Shown piece after piece: positions 19,540 to 29,492 of a DNA stretch of 64,000 nucleotides. The number at the start of each line of letters is the position of its first letter. Position 1 is the stretch's first letter. Origin of the DNA: an uncultured Candidatus Binatia bacterium (GTDB lineage Bacteria; Desulfobacterota; Binatia; UBA9968; JAJDTQ01); the NCBI GenBank assembly GCA_965213675.1, contig OZ243916.1, positions 1,760,001 through 1,824,000 of the forward strand, in the 5' to 3' direction. Position numbers and translations under genes: made by a program. The notes under the pieces were generated by a model. That model worked only from the letters and a program-made list of their open reading frames with translations. It was not told where the DNA came from and searched no databases.

Positions 19540-20907
19540 TTACCCCTGTCCGCCCCTGGACTCCCGCTTTCGCGGGAATGACGTTTCGGCGGGACGCCCC
19601 CGCTGCGGCTCCTGGTCAAGGTCGAACAAGTCCCGAACGGCGTCGTCGTACGCCCCGTCGTCGCCCGGCCCGTGCTTGAGCCGGGTGAGGGGGGCGTGAA
19701 GGATCTTGTTGATCATGGCCGCGGTGAGATCCTCGATGGCCCGGCGCTCCCGCTCGGACAGGTCCTTGAGGCTCGATTCCAGCGATTTCCTGATCTCCCC
19801 CTGACGGATCTCCTCGAACTTCCGCTTGAGCGCCACGATGGTGGGGACCTGATCCAGGGACGTCAACCACCGATGAAACGCCTCCACCTCCTGATCGACG
19901 ATGACTTCCCCCTTCTCCGCTTCGCTCTCCCGCCCCCGCAGGTTCTCCCGCGCCACGCCGGTGAGATCGTCCACGTGATAGAGGTAGACGTTGTCCAGGC
20001 CGTTGATGAGCGGGTCGAAGTTCCGCGGCACGCCCAGGTCGATGAGGAACATGTTGTCCTGCTTGCGCTCGCGCAGCACCTCGGCCGCGGTGTCGCGCGT
20101 CATCAGCGCCTCCTCCGACTCCACCGACCCGATGACCACGTCCGCAAGTCTGAGATAGCGGCCGTAGTCCTCGAAACGGATGGGGCTGGCCTCGAAGCGG
20201 TCCGCCAGCTCCACCGCCTTCTCGAAGGTGCGGTTGGTAATCATCAGACTGCGCACGCCGCTCTCCACCAGGTGGCGCACCAGCGCTTCGCCCATGGCGC
20301 CGGAACCGATGACCATGACGGTCTTCTCCTCCAGCCTGTCGAAGATACGCCTGGCCAGGTCCACCGCCACCGAACCCACGGACACCGGCCGGTTGGCGAT
20401 GCCGGTGTCCTGCCGCACCCGCTTGGCCACGGCGAAGGAGCGATGGAAGAGGCGGTGCAGAATGCTGCCGACGGTGCCGGCCTGCTGCGCGAGGGCGTAG
20501 TACTCCTTCAACTGACCCAGGATCTGCGGCTCGCCCACGACCATGGAGTCGAGGCTCGAAGCCACGCGGAAGACGTGCCGGACCGCCTTCTTGCGCGCGT
20601 GACGGTAGAGATGGTCCTGGGTGGGCTTCAGGGGGACATCGCGCTGACTCTTGAGGAAGTCCTCGATCTCGGCGAGTCCGGCGTCACCGTCGCGCGCCAC
20701 GGCCACCACCTCCACCCGGTTGCACGTGGACAGGATCACCCCCTCGTTCACCGAGGGCCGCGCCAGCAGGTCCTGAAGGGCGCCGTCCACGCGTCTGGTC
20801 GGAAACGCGAACTGCTCCCGCACCTCCACGGGCGCGGTGCGGTGATTCACCCCGACCACGAGGATCTGGTGGAGAACATCTCGCGCCGGTTCACTCAAAG
20901 CGTCCAC
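19540..20907 (-). CDS. hemA: Glutamyl-tRNA reductase
   Basis: VVGVNHRTAPVEVRE, ILSTCNRVE, SSLDSMVVGEPQILGQ, IGSGAMG, IDLGVPRN; the C-terminal tail runs into a palindromic repeat. Exact start uncertain. Confidence 0.96.
   Translation of the reverse strand: MDALSEPARDVLHQILVVGVNHRTAPVEVREQFAFPTRRVDGALQDLLARPSVNEGVILSTCNRVEVVAVARDGDAGLAEIEDFLKSQRDVPLKPTQDHLYRHARKKAVRHVFRVASSLDSMVVGEPQILGQLKEYYALAQQAGTVGSILHRLFHRSFAVAKRVRQDTGIANRPVSVGSVAVDLARRIFDRLEEKTVMVIGSGAMGEALVRHLVESGVRSLMITNRTFEKAVELADRFEASPIRFEDYGRYLRLADVVIGSVESEEALMTRDTAAEVLRERKQDNMFLIDLGVPRNFDPLINGLDNVYLYHVDDLTGVARENLRGRESEAEKGEVIVDQEVEAFHRWLTSLDQVPTIVALKRKFEEIRQGEIRKSLESSLKDLSERERRAIEDLTAAMINKILHAPLTRLKHGPGDDGAYDDAVRDLFDLDQEPQRGRPAETSFPRKRESRGGQG
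19553..19583. repeat. Palindromic repeat (CTGGAyTCxCGCTTyCGCGGxAATGAC family), single unit inside the hemA 3' end
   Basis: cccctggactcccgctttcgcgggaatgacg; near-identical to the arms at 59152-59249. Confidence 0.75.
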
Positions 20908-21712
20908 CGTGACGGCTCAGGAAGAAAGCGTCGCCCCAGAGAAAGTAAGCGAGCACGATAAGGAATCCGGCGATGGTCCAGAGCGCCGCCTTGCGCCCGC
21001 GCCAGCCCGCGGTCAGCCGGCCGTGGAGCAGGATGCCGTATAACAGCCACGTCAGCGCGGAGGTGATCTGGCGCGGATCCCAGGACCAGAAATTGCCCCA
21101 CTGATCGTGCGCCCATACGCTGCCCGTGAGAATGCCCAGAGTCATGAACGGGAAGCCCCAGACCAGGAACGTCTTGTTGAGACGGTCCAGGGTCTCCAGG
21201 GCCGGCACGGTACGGCTCAGGCCGGTGGTGCGCTTCTGCTTGAGTTGGCGCCGGACCACCAGGTAGATGACGCTCACCGCGAACGCCAGCGCGAGGACGG
21301 CGTTTCCCAACAGCGCCAGCGTCACGTGCAGCGGCAGCCAGTAGGTCAACAGCGCGGGCGACGTGTCCAGGCCCGGTTCTCCCAGGGCGATGGAGCGGAG
21401 CGACATGAGAAACGCCAGCGGGGCGACGAAGCCGCCCAGGATGGGGAGCCGGTACTGGAAGTGAACGGTCAGATAGACACCCACCATCAGCCAGCCGTAG
21501 AACGAGTGCGTGGCCGCGGTCTGGGCAAGGGCGGGGAAACCCGCGTCATGAAACAGAAAGGCGAACTTTAGCGCATGGCCGGCAAACCCGGCGAGCAGCA
21601 ACCACTGACCCGCCCGGGAGAACGACTCCCGTTGGAAGAACAGGTAGAGGATGAATGCGCCGGTCGCCAGCAGGTAGAAGCCTGCCGTGGCCTGAAGGAG
21701 GCTCTGGTACAT
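20891..21712 (-). CDS. ccsA: Cytochrome c biogenesis protein CcsA/CcsB (system II)
   Basis: Polytopic membrane protein; WWD motif GSVWAHDQWGNFWSWDPRQ; PLHV His; usual position upstream of hemA. Confidence 0.88.
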   Translation of the reverse strand: MYQSLLQATAGFYLLATGAFILYLFFQRESFSRAGQWLLLAGFAGHALKFAFLFHDAGFPALAQTAATHSFYGWLMVGVYLTVHFQYRLPILGGFVAPLAFLMSLRSIALGEPGLDTSPALLTYWLPLHVTLALLGNAVLALAFAVSVIYLVVRRQLKQKRTTGLSRTVPALETLDRLNKTFLVWGFPFMTLGILTGSVWAHDQWGNFWSWDPRQITSALTWLLYGILLHGRLTAGWRGRKAALWTIAGFLIVLAYFLWGDAFFLSRHGGRFE

Positions 21713-21831
21713 GATCTCCGACGATTATATCGCAACGGCGGAGCATGGTGTAACCGGCGCATGGGTGACGCGCGCCCGCACCCGTCGCGCGGCGCCAAGG
21801 GCCAGCGCGGCCGGGCCGAAGCGCTGGCCGA

Positions 21832-23520
21832 TCAGGATTGCGTGCCGGGAATTCTGAGGCGCTGGCCGGCGCGTATCCGGTGCCGGTCGCGGATGGCGTT
21901 GGCGCGTTGGAGGGCGGCCAGCGACACCCGGTAGCGGTCCGCGATGGTGGAAAGCGTCTCCCCCGGACGCACGCGGTGAAACACGCGCCGTCGCTTCACC
22001 ACCTTCCGGGACACATGCGTCGCGGACGACTGGCGCGGGATCGCCAGCCGTTGTCCGACGCGCAAACGCCGGACCCGCTGCACGCCGTTCGCTCGGCGAA
22101 CAGCGCGCGCCGTGGTGCCGTGGAGTTTGGCGATGTCCCAAAGTGTGTCGCCGCGCCTGACCACGTGGTACGAACCCTTTTTGTCACGGGCCACGGCCGC
22201 CGCCTGGCGTTTTGCCACCTGTGGCTTGCCCGCCACGGCCTTGGGTTTCTCCTCCACCCGCGGTTTCGACACCACCTTGACGGTACGCTGCTGCTCACGG
22301 GATCTGGCCGGCGACCGGCCCGGAATCGCCAGCCGCTGCCCCACGCGCACGCGGTGAACGCTCCTCAAGCCGTTGGCGGCCTGGATCGTGCTCGCCGACG
22401 TGCCATAGGCTTTCGCGATCTCGGAGAGCGTATCCCCCCGGCTCACCACGTGATAAGGAAACGACGAGCTCGGACCGACGCTCGCCAACGCCTTTCGGTA
22501 CCATTGCCCCTGAGGCTCCGGCGCCTTGAGCCGGTAACCCTTCGGCAGCCACGTCGCATGACGGCTCAATGCCGGATTCCACTTGAGCAGCTCCGCGCGC
22601 GACACCCGGTTGTGACGCACCAGCGCCGCGATCGATACGCCTTTCGTGAGACGGATCTCTTCCATGTGCACCAGCGAATCGAAGCGGACGTGGGGCAGGT
22701 GCCGCTCGACCTCGCGCATGATGTGCACGGCCGCGATAAACTCCGCGTAGAAGTTCTTGGAAGCGAACTTGAAAGTGCGGCTGCGATAGCGTCGGATGAT
22801 CGTGGCGATGTCCCGCGTGCCCACCCGGCGCACCGCTCGCTTCATGCCGGCGCGGCCATGGTTGTAGGCGGTCACTGCCAGCGGCCACGTGCGGAGTTCC
22901 CGATAGTTCTGCTGCAAGAGCCGCGCCGCCGCCCGGGTCGCCTCCATGGGGTCCCTGCGCTCGTCCAGCAGCCGCGTCACCCGCATGTACTCCCGCCCGG
23001 TGCGGGGCATGAACTGCCACATGCCAACCGCGCCGCGAAACGAACGCGCGTCGTTCCTGAACGACGACTCCACCAGAGGCAGATAAGTCAACTCTGCCGG
23101 AAGTCCGCGGGCGGCGAAGATCTTCCGCATGTGTTTCATGTAACGCCCGGAACGGCGCACACCGGCCTCGAAACGCTCACGGATGCCCCGTTGGGCCTTG
23201 ATTCGGCGTGACGGAATGCCGCGCCGCTGGAGACGCGCGCGCACCGAACGAAACACCCTCCGGCTGCTGGCGCCCTTCTTGACCCGGACCACCTCGTAAA
23301 TCCTCGACATGTTCCCGGGATCGAAGAATACAAGCTGATCGGAATCGTAGTCCAGGAAGATCGCCTTCCAGAACTTCACGGCAGGCTCAAGCCCTCGGGG
23401 TATGGCGAACGGATCGGGTTGTACGTGGGCCTGCGCCCGCGCGGACGCGTCGGGCGCGTGGAACAGGCCGGCACAAAGGAGCAGGACAAGACTCGTCAGG
23501 ACCACGAAGAACCGTATCAC
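21832..23520 (-). CDS. MltD-like lytic murein transglycosylase with LysM domains
   Basis: SLT motifs LPLVESSF, AVGMWQFM, AYNHG; three clear LysM repeats (HVVSRGDTLSEIA, HVVRRGDTLWDIA, HRVRPGETLSTIA); GTG start 23520 behind AAGGAG. Confidence 0.9.
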   Translation of the reverse strand: MIRFFVVLTSLVLLLCAGLFHAPDASARAQAHVQPDPFAIPRGLEPAVKFWKAIFLDYDSDQLVFFDPGNMSRIYEVVRVKKGASSRRVFRSVRARLQRRGIPSRRIKAQRGIRERFEAGVRRSGRYMKHMRKIFAARGLPAELTYLPLVESSFRNDARSFRGAVGMWQFMPRTGREYMRVTRLLDERRDPMEATRAAARLLQQNYRELRTWPLAVTAYNHGRAGMKRAVRRVGTRDIATIIRRYRSRTFKFASKNFYAEFIAAVHIMREVERHLPHVRFDSLVHMEEIRLTKGVSIAALVRHNRVSRAELLKWNPALSRHATWLPKGYRLKAPEPQGQWYRKALASVGPSSSFPYHVVSRGDTLSEIAKAYGTSASTIQAANGLRSVHRVRVGQRLAIPGRSPARSREQQRTVKVVSKPRVEEKPKAVAGKPQVAKRQAAAVARDKKGSYHVVRRGDTLWDIAKLHGTTARAVRRANGVQRVRRLRVGQRLAIPRQSSATHVSRKVVKRRRVFHRVRPGETLSTIADRYRVSLAALQRANAIRDRHRIRAGQRLRIPGTQS

Positions 23521-23560
23521 ATGAGACTCCTTCGAAAGAATCCGCTGGTCCGGTCGAGTA

Positions 23561-24196
23561 CTATACGAAGTCGCAGGGTATCTGCGTGGGACCGTATCCC
23601 TGCCAGTACTTGCGGGTCTCCGGGTCGTACCGTCCCTGCAGGAACGTGCCCGGCTTCTCCGCGCGCACGATGATGGCCACCGTACGCTCCTCGCCGCTCT
23701 GCTCGGCATGGATCTGCCACGGCCGCACAAGGTCGATCTTGCCGCGTCCCACCTCGGCATTCTCGGTCTTTCGCACTTCCGCGTAGTCCGGCCTGGAACC
23801 GTCGTCCAAGCGCTCGTAACGTTCGATGCTCTCGCGACCGTCGAGGACACCGTACAGCGTCCAGTTATGCGCGTGGTCATGGATGCTGGTGCGCGTCCCC
23901 GGCGCCTTGACGAGTCCGTTGATGACGAACCCGTGGTCCGGATCTTCGTACAGGAGCAGGTTCTGCGCCCGTTGCCCACCATCGGCCGCGGTGAGCCCGC
24001 CCTGATCACAGGACGGCCAATCCTCGGACTGCGCCCTCACGCCGGGGTCCGCCAGAAGTTCGCTCAGAAGCGACCCCATCTTTTCCCAGCGTTTGTCCAC
24101 GTCGGGCTCATCCTCATGGAGTTGCCGAACGGCCCCGATGAACCGCTTGGCGGCGGTCTGCTCCGCATCCTGGATCGGCATGGGACGTGCGCTCAT
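23561..24196 (-). CDS. Cysteine dioxygenase-like cupin metalloprotein
   Basis: TSIHDHAHNWTLYGVLDGRE and PWQIHAE (3-His cupin); ATG 24196 behind AAGGAG. Confidence 0.75.
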   Translation of the reverse strand: MSARPMPIQDAEQTAAKRFIGAVRQLHEDEPDVDKRWEKMGSLLSELLADPGVRAQSEDWPSCDQGGLTAADGGQRAQNLLLYEDPDHGFVINGLVKAPGTRTSIHDHAHNWTLYGVLDGRESIERYERLDDGSRPDYAEVRKTENAEVGRGKIDLVRPWQIHAEQSGEERTVAIIVRAEKPGTFLQGRYDPETRKYWQGYGPTQIPCDFV

Positions 24197-24299
24197 GGTG
24201 TCTCCTTGGTTTCGTGGGCAAGGTTGCCGAATGCGAGTGAGGAGCGGGGACGGCCGCCCCGTGGAAAAACTGACAGTATCCGAGGATCGAGCGCGCCTG

Positions 24300-25226
24300 T
24301 CAACCCGCATCCGCGCCCTTGACCACCTGCACGCGACTCGCGTCACGCAGTTTGTCGAAGCGGTCCTTCTCCACCTCGAAGTACTGGGAGTGGGTGGAAC
24401 TCTTCAGGATGTAGCGATCCCCTTCCCCTGGCGCCGCCACGGCATGCTCGACGGGGGCGCCCTCCTTGAGCTCGACGGTGTACCGCACCACCGGCCTGCC
24501 GCCCTCGAAAAGCGCCTGGCCGCCGGCGCCGAGCACGTCCGTGAACGTCACCTCGGAGATCCTCTCGACCATCTCCTGCACGGGTTCGGCGTCGGTCTGC
24601 TCGTTCTCGCGCAGGTCTTCCACCTGGAAACCGCCATCCTGCGCCTTCAAGGCAAAGGCGCCCATGTCGATGCGGGCAATGTCCTCCACGGGCAGCTTGA
24701 GCGCGTCGGTGTCGTACCACAGGCTCGGGTCCGTGGGCGCGTCGAAGGCATTGAAGTCGATGGCGTAGGTATGCTCGTCGCCGTCGAGGCGTGCGTGAAC
24801 TTTGCGGAAACCAGGAGACGACCCCAAGTAGACGTCGCCGAGCACATCCTCTCCCTTGAGGAAACGCACGCGCCGCTCGAACGCGTCCAGGGTCACCTTG
24901 AACTGACGGGCCGCCACCAGCGTCTGCCCCACGGGCCACGCCCGCCTGGCCCCCAGAAGCTTTTCCGTGAACTGCTCGAAATTCGCCGGCAACACCGGGA
25001 AATCGCCCTTCTCCGGCAACACCCACTGATCGCCCTTGCGCGTCATGCGCAGCAGCGCCTCCCCCGGCTGCTCGATGGTGACCGTATCCGCGCTGTCCAT
25101 GGGCACGGCCACCAGCGGCGCATCGGCCTTGAACGGGTCGGGCGTGTCGCCCTCCAGATGAACCCAAGCCACGAGTCCCGCCTGAAGCGCCAACAACAGC
25201 ACCAGAAACTTGATGGATCGGCTCAC
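24300..25226 (-). CDS. DUF4340 domain protein (Gld-like ABC operon accessory)
   Basis: N-terminal membrane anchor plus two repeated domains; last gene of a GldA / GldF-G operon. Confidence 0.75.
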   Translation of the reverse strand: MSRSIKFLVLLLALQAGLVAWVHLEGDTPDPFKADAPLVAVPMDSADTVTIEQPGEALLRMTRKGDQWVLPEKGDFPVLPANFEQFTEKLLGARRAWPVGQTLVAARQFKVTLDAFERRVRFLKGEDVLGDVYLGSSPGFRKVHARLDGDEHTYAIDFNAFDAPTDPSLWYDTDALKLPVEDIARIDMGAFALKAQDGGFQVEDLRENEQTDAEPVQEMVERISEVTFTDVLGAGGQALFEGGRPVVRYTVELKEGAPVEHAVAAPGEGDRYILKSSTHSQYFEVEKDRFDKLRDASRVQVVKGADAG

Positions 25227-25262
25227 GCTGAACGCTCTCCGTATGACAGCACCGGGTTGAAT

Positions 25263-28172
25263 TCAGACCGCCAGCACCCGGTGGTAGCGGTCCCGCGCGC
25301 GGCGCAGATGGTAGTGGTGGCCGCCGTAGACAAGCGCGAGCCCCATCAGCACCAAGGCGTAGTTGAAATACTCCCAGAACGCCTTCTGCTCCCTCGTCAT
25401 GGGAACCAGCGTGCGCGCGAAACGGGCACGGCTGCGGATGGACAGCAGCGCCCGGTCCTCCAACGCCCAGTCCACGAGGTTCTCGATGAACTGCAGCGAG
25501 TTGACGAAGCGGTCGTTGGCCGCCGCGCGCGAGAGCTGCAACGTCTGGTCGGTGAACGCATCATTGGAACCGACGATGATGATGCGCGCCGATTCCGGCG
25601 ACTTGTCGATCAGACCCGTCACCACGGGCTCCGGCTCGTCTTCGGCCGCCTCCTGCGCGGTTCCGGCGGTCGCCTCTGCCTCCGGCTTCTCCTCATCCTC
25701 GTCCCTGGCCAGCAACGGCGACTCCTTGCCCGCGAAATACGAGCGGAAGACCCCTTCCACGACCCCGGCCAGCACCTGCGCCTCCGGCTGTCCCTCGCGC
25801 TCGAATCCCAGCTTGGGATGAACCTTGTAGTCGGGATGCACCTTCAAGGACCCTGACACCCAGGATTCGCCGGAACTGGCGAGTAGCGGCGTCGCGCGAA
25901 CGACCCCGGCCTCGTCGTCGGGAAGCGACAGCGGCGACGCCCAGCTCAAGGTCAACTGGGGCAGCCGGGCCGTGATGGGATTGTCCTCATTGAGTCCGCG
26001 CCCCCGCACATCGACGAAATAGGGATAAGGCACGAGCTGAAGCTCACGCACCGTGAAGGCGCCCACCTTCCGGTTCACCGTCACCGGGAAGGACTCGTTC
26101 TGCGGGTCCAGCACCAAGGTCTTTCGGACGGTCACGCCGTAATGCTCAAGCAACGGTTCGAGACCGGAGGCATGGGAGCGCGCGGCCAGCCCGGCCCGGG
26201 TTTGCGAAACCGCGTAGGGCGACGTCAGCAGCGCCACGGAACCGCCCTTCATCAGGAACTGGTCCACGGCGAACCGCTGCCTGGCCGTGAAGTCCGCGGG
26301 CGCCGCCAGCAGCAGCAGGTCCACATTCTCCCGCGCCACCCCGGACTTCAGGTCCACCAGCGTGACGCGGTAATTCTCCTGCAGCTTCTGCGCCAGAAAC
26401 CGGAATCCGCGCTCCGGCGGCTGGGGACGCATCCCAGGCTGCTGGGGCGGCCGCACCGGAGGCACGTGAATGCCCACGGTCTTGATGAAGCCCGGAGCCA
26501 GGCGCCGCAGCGCCGCCTCGATGCTGCGGCGGATCGCCTCCTGGTTGAGCTTCTCGGGCAGGGGCACCTGCACCGTCGTGCCCTGGTTCTTCATGAGCAT
26601 GTAGAAGTAGAACTTCCTGGGATCGAGGGGACCCAGGGTCATCGGGCGAAACCCGTGACGCTCCGCAAGCTGCCGGGCCACCGCGCCGCCATCCGCCTCC
26701 GGGTCAATGACGACGTACTTGAGCTTCCCGTCCGACTCCTTGCGCAACTCCCTCAGCGAAATCAACAACTGCCGCCGGACCACCGCCATGGACTCCGGCA
26801 ACTTCTCCGCGGGGGAGACGTACGCCTCGAACTCCACGGGCTGATCCACGCCGGCGAACAGCGCGCCGATGTCCTGAAAGCCGTACAGCACCTTCTTGAT
26901 GCCGCGGGCCAGGTCGTATTCCAGGTTGCGCAGGCGCACCCGCGTTCCCGTCCGCCCGCCCTGGACTTCGATCAGGTCGGAAAAGCGCAGCACCTCGTGC
27001 TTGTCGCCGTACTGAAGCAGCAGGTCGAAGTAGGAGTTGACCAGTGAGTTCTGATAACGGTCCACCGTGCGGAAAGGAGTCGGACGGATGTTGTAGCGCT
27101 GGTTGGCCTCCTCCTCCAGATCGGGCTCCTCCCGCGGGTCCACGAACTCGGCGCGCACGCGACCGCCGCTGATGGACTCGATCTCGCGGATGGTGTCGCG
27201 GATGCGCGGCATCAGCGGCATCAGCAAGGGATGGGTGCGGGCGCTGAAATAGCCGCGGATCAGCAGCGGCTCCTGCAACTGGGCGACGAGGTCCCGTGTC
27301 GCTTGGGAAATGGAGTAGTCCTGGTCCGCGGTGAGGTCCGCGCGCACCGTCACGCCGCGCTGCAGCCAGAAGTTGGCCAGCACGAAGTTGACGATGACCA
27401 GGGCGGTGGCCAGCCGCCACGCCCGGTGGCGCCCTGCCTGCCCTTCCCTGGACCAGCGCAGCCGCTCCAGGGAAAAGACGTTCAGAGCCAGGAAGACGCC
27501 CACGACGCTGACGTAGTAGTAGACGTCCCGCAGGTCGAGAATGCCGCGGGTGATGGACTCGAAGCGCACGCCGGTGGCCGCCAGCCCCAGGTATTCCGCC
27601 CATTGATTGCCCGCCAGGGAACCGAAGGTCAGCGAGCCCAGGAGATAGAACACGAAGCCGATCACCGTGGTGAGGATGAGGCTCGCGATCTGGCTCTCGT
27701 TGCGCGCGCTGACGTACAGGCCGATGGAACAGTAGGCCGCCGCCAGCAGCAGCGACGCGACATAGGCCCCCAGAACCGGACCCCAATCCAGGGGTCCCAT
27801 GAACGACACGGTGGCGGGCACGCCCACGGTGAGCGCCAGCGCGATGGCCACCAGCCCCAGGCAGGCAAGGAACTTGCCCAAAACCAGGTGGAGCGTCTTC
27901 ACCGGCAGGGTGAAGAGGAACTCCAGGGTCTCCATGCGCCGTTCCTCGCTCCACATCTTCATGGTCAGCGCGGCGCTCAGGAAGATCAGCAGGATCGGCA
28001 TCCACTCGAACAGCGGACGCACATCGACGATGTTGCGGGAAAAGAACTGTTCCACCCAGAAGAAAATGAACAGGCACACCGCCGAAAACGTCCCCAGGAA
28101 GATGAACGCCACCGGCGACGCAAAGTAGGTGGAAAACTCCTTCTTGGCGATGCTCCAGATGCTACCCGCCAT
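25263..28172 (-). CDS. Fused ABC-2 permease (GldF-like) + GldG/ABC-uncharacterised-transport domain
   Basis: IAKKEFSTYFASPVAFIF, TMKMWSEERRMETLEFL, DLTADQDYSISQAT, LEYDLARGI, VDQFLMKGG; start refined to ATG 28172. Confidence 0.85.
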   Translation of the reverse strand: MAGSIWSIAKKEFSTYFASPVAFIFLGTFSAVCLFIFFWVEQFFSRNIVDVRPLFEWMPILLIFLSAALTMKMWSEERRMETLEFLFTLPVKTLHLVLGKFLACLGLVAIALALTVGVPATVSFMGPLDWGPVLGAYVASLLLAAAYCSIGLYVSARNESQIASLILTTVIGFVFYLLGSLTFGSLAGNQWAEYLGLAATGVRFESITRGILDLRDVYYYVSVVGVFLALNVFSLERLRWSREGQAGRHRAWRLATALVIVNFVLANFWLQRGVTVRADLTADQDYSISQATRDLVAQLQEPLLIRGYFSARTHPLLMPLMPRIRDTIREIESISGGRVRAEFVDPREEPDLEEEANQRYNIRPTPFRTVDRYQNSLVNSYFDLLLQYGDKHEVLRFSDLIEVQGGRTGTRVRLRNLEYDLARGIKKVLYGFQDIGALFAGVDQPVEFEAYVSPAEKLPESMAVVRRQLLISLRELRKESDGKLKYVVIDPEADGGAVARQLAERHGFRPMTLGPLDPRKFYFYMLMKNQGTTVQVPLPEKLNQEAIRRSIEAALRRLAPGFIKTVGIHVPPVRPPQQPGMRPQPPERGFRFLAQKLQENYRVTLVDLKSGVARENVDLLLLAAPADFTARQRFAVDQFLMKGGSVALLTSPYAVSQTRAGLAARSHASGLEPLLEHYGVTVRKTLVLDPQNESFPVTVNRKVGAFTVRELQLVPYPYFVDVRGRGLNEDNPITARLPQLTLSWASPLSLPDDEAGVVRATPLLASSGESWVSGSLKVHPDYKVHPKLGFEREGQPEAQVLAGVVEGVFRSYFAGKESPLLARDEDEEKPEAEATAGTAQEAAEDEPEPVVTGLIDKSPESARIIIVGSNDAFTDQTLQLSRAAANDRFVNSLQFIENLVDWALEDRALLSIRSRARFARTLVPMTREQKAFWEYFNYALVLMGLALVYGGHHYHLRRARDRYHRVLAV

Positions 28173-29094
28173 GGCTGCCTCTCTCCGACACTTCACGGAA
28201 CACGGTCTCCAGGGTGCGCGCCTGCTCACTCAGGAAGTAGATGTCCCAGCCGCCCTCCACAGCCGCCCGCGCCACGCCGGGGGCCACCGCGTCCGCGGGG
28301 GCTTCGATCTCCAGGGCGTAAGTCTCGCCCCGCGACCCCTCCGCCGGCACGACGGCCGCCACTCCCGGAAGCTCCCCCAGGCGCGCGCCCGCGTCGTCGG
28401 AAGGATTGCCGAGTCCCACCACCAGGCGGTTGGACTGCCGCAGCTCGCTCAACCGGGCGTCCACCGCAATGCGCCCCTGCACCATGATGATCACCCGCTC
28501 GCACACCGCCTCCACCTCCTGGAGGATGTGCGTGGAAACGATGATGGTGGCGTTCTCGCTCAGATCGCTCACCAACGAGCGCATCTGGAAGATCTGCGCC
28601 GGGTCCAGGCCGTTGGTGGGCTCGTCGAGAATCAGGATCTCCGGCTCGTGGACGATGGCCTGGGCCACCCCCAGCCGCTGCTTGTAGCCCTTGGACAGCG
28701 TCCCCACCGCATCCAGCGCCCGGTCCGCCAGCCACGTCCGCTCCAGCGCCCGCCGGAGCGCAGCCGGCCGTTGCGCGCGCGCCACCCCGCGCAGGTCGGC
28801 CACGTACTCCAGGTAGCGCACCACCGACATGTCCGGATAAAGCGGCGCGTTCTCCGACAGATAGCCCAGCCTGCGCTGGATGCGCAGCCGCGCCTCGGAA
28901 ACCGGCATGCCATCGATGACCACCGACCCCGCGGTGGGCTCGATGTACCCGGTGAGCATCCGCATGATGGTGGTCTTGCCGGCGCCGTTGTGCCCCAGAA
29001 GACCAACCACCTCCCCCTTGCCGATGGAAAACGAAACGTCGTCCACCGCCACCACGTCGCCATACTTTCGGGTGAGACCCTCGACCTCGATCAC
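28162..29094 (-). CDS. ABC transporter ATP-binding protein (GldA-like)
   Basis: GHNGAGKTT, LSKGYKQR, ILDEPTNGLDP, STH; GTG start 29094. Confidence 0.92.
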   Translation of the reverse strand: MIEVEGLTRKYGDVVAVDDVSFSIGKGEVVGLLGHNGAGKTTIMRMLTGYIEPTAGSVVIDGMPVSEARLRIQRRLGYLSENAPLYPDMSVVRYLEYVADLRGVARAQRPAALRRALERTWLADRALDAVGTLSKGYKQRLGVAQAIVHEPEILILDEPTNGLDPAQIFQMRSLVSDLSENATIIVSTHILQEVEAVCERVIIMVQGRIAVDARLSELRQSNRLVVGLGNPSDDAGARLGELPGVAAVVPAEGSRGETYALEIEAPADAVAPGVARAAVEGGWDIYFLSEQARTLETVFREVSERGSHGG

Positions 29095-29247
29095 GCTGCA
29101 CCTTCTTGGGCCGGACTGTTCACTGTTCAGGTTTGGAATTTTCGAGATGGTTCGAGATGGGCCATTCGCAGCCGAACGAACCATTTTTTAGCAGATCGGG
29201 ATGCCGGGTGCGAATCGGGAACACCTCACCCCAGCGGGTCATCGAAC

Positions 29248-29419
29248 CCAGGAGCTTGCGCCGTAGGAATTCACGGCTGCAAATCCGCTCTCATTCGTCC
29301 CTTCCCATCGGCCGCTCGATTTCGTCAAATATGACATGGTATTCTCCTCAATCGACCAGCCGAAGGGACGGCGATAGCGAATTTTCGCTTTCTCGAATTC
29401 CTGCGGCGCAAGCTCCTGG
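29248..29419. mobile_element. MITE-like element family A, full copy (~172 bp, ~25-bp TIR CCAGGAGCTTGCGCCGyAGGAATTC)
   Basis: Terminal inverted repeats; body homologous to 35328-35494 in reverse orientation. Confidence 0.8.
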
Positions 29420-29492
29420 CCGGCAACAAACGACGGCCATACGCGGCGCGAAACACGCGGACGACCTGAAACCACCCTCCGGGAATGATCCT

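Noticed and set aside
24300-29094. Evidence of gliding motility
   Set aside because: GldAFG-like ABC modules are widespread in non-gliding taxa, and no other gliding genes are present.
29106-29492. N-terminal extension of cca (likewise the extended ORF-track starts for hemB, hemD, the MltD-like gene, htpX, TraB, the Mo subunit)
   Set aside because: The extensions run through MITEs, intergenic DNA or neighbouring genes; family homology and RBSs begin at the refined starts.
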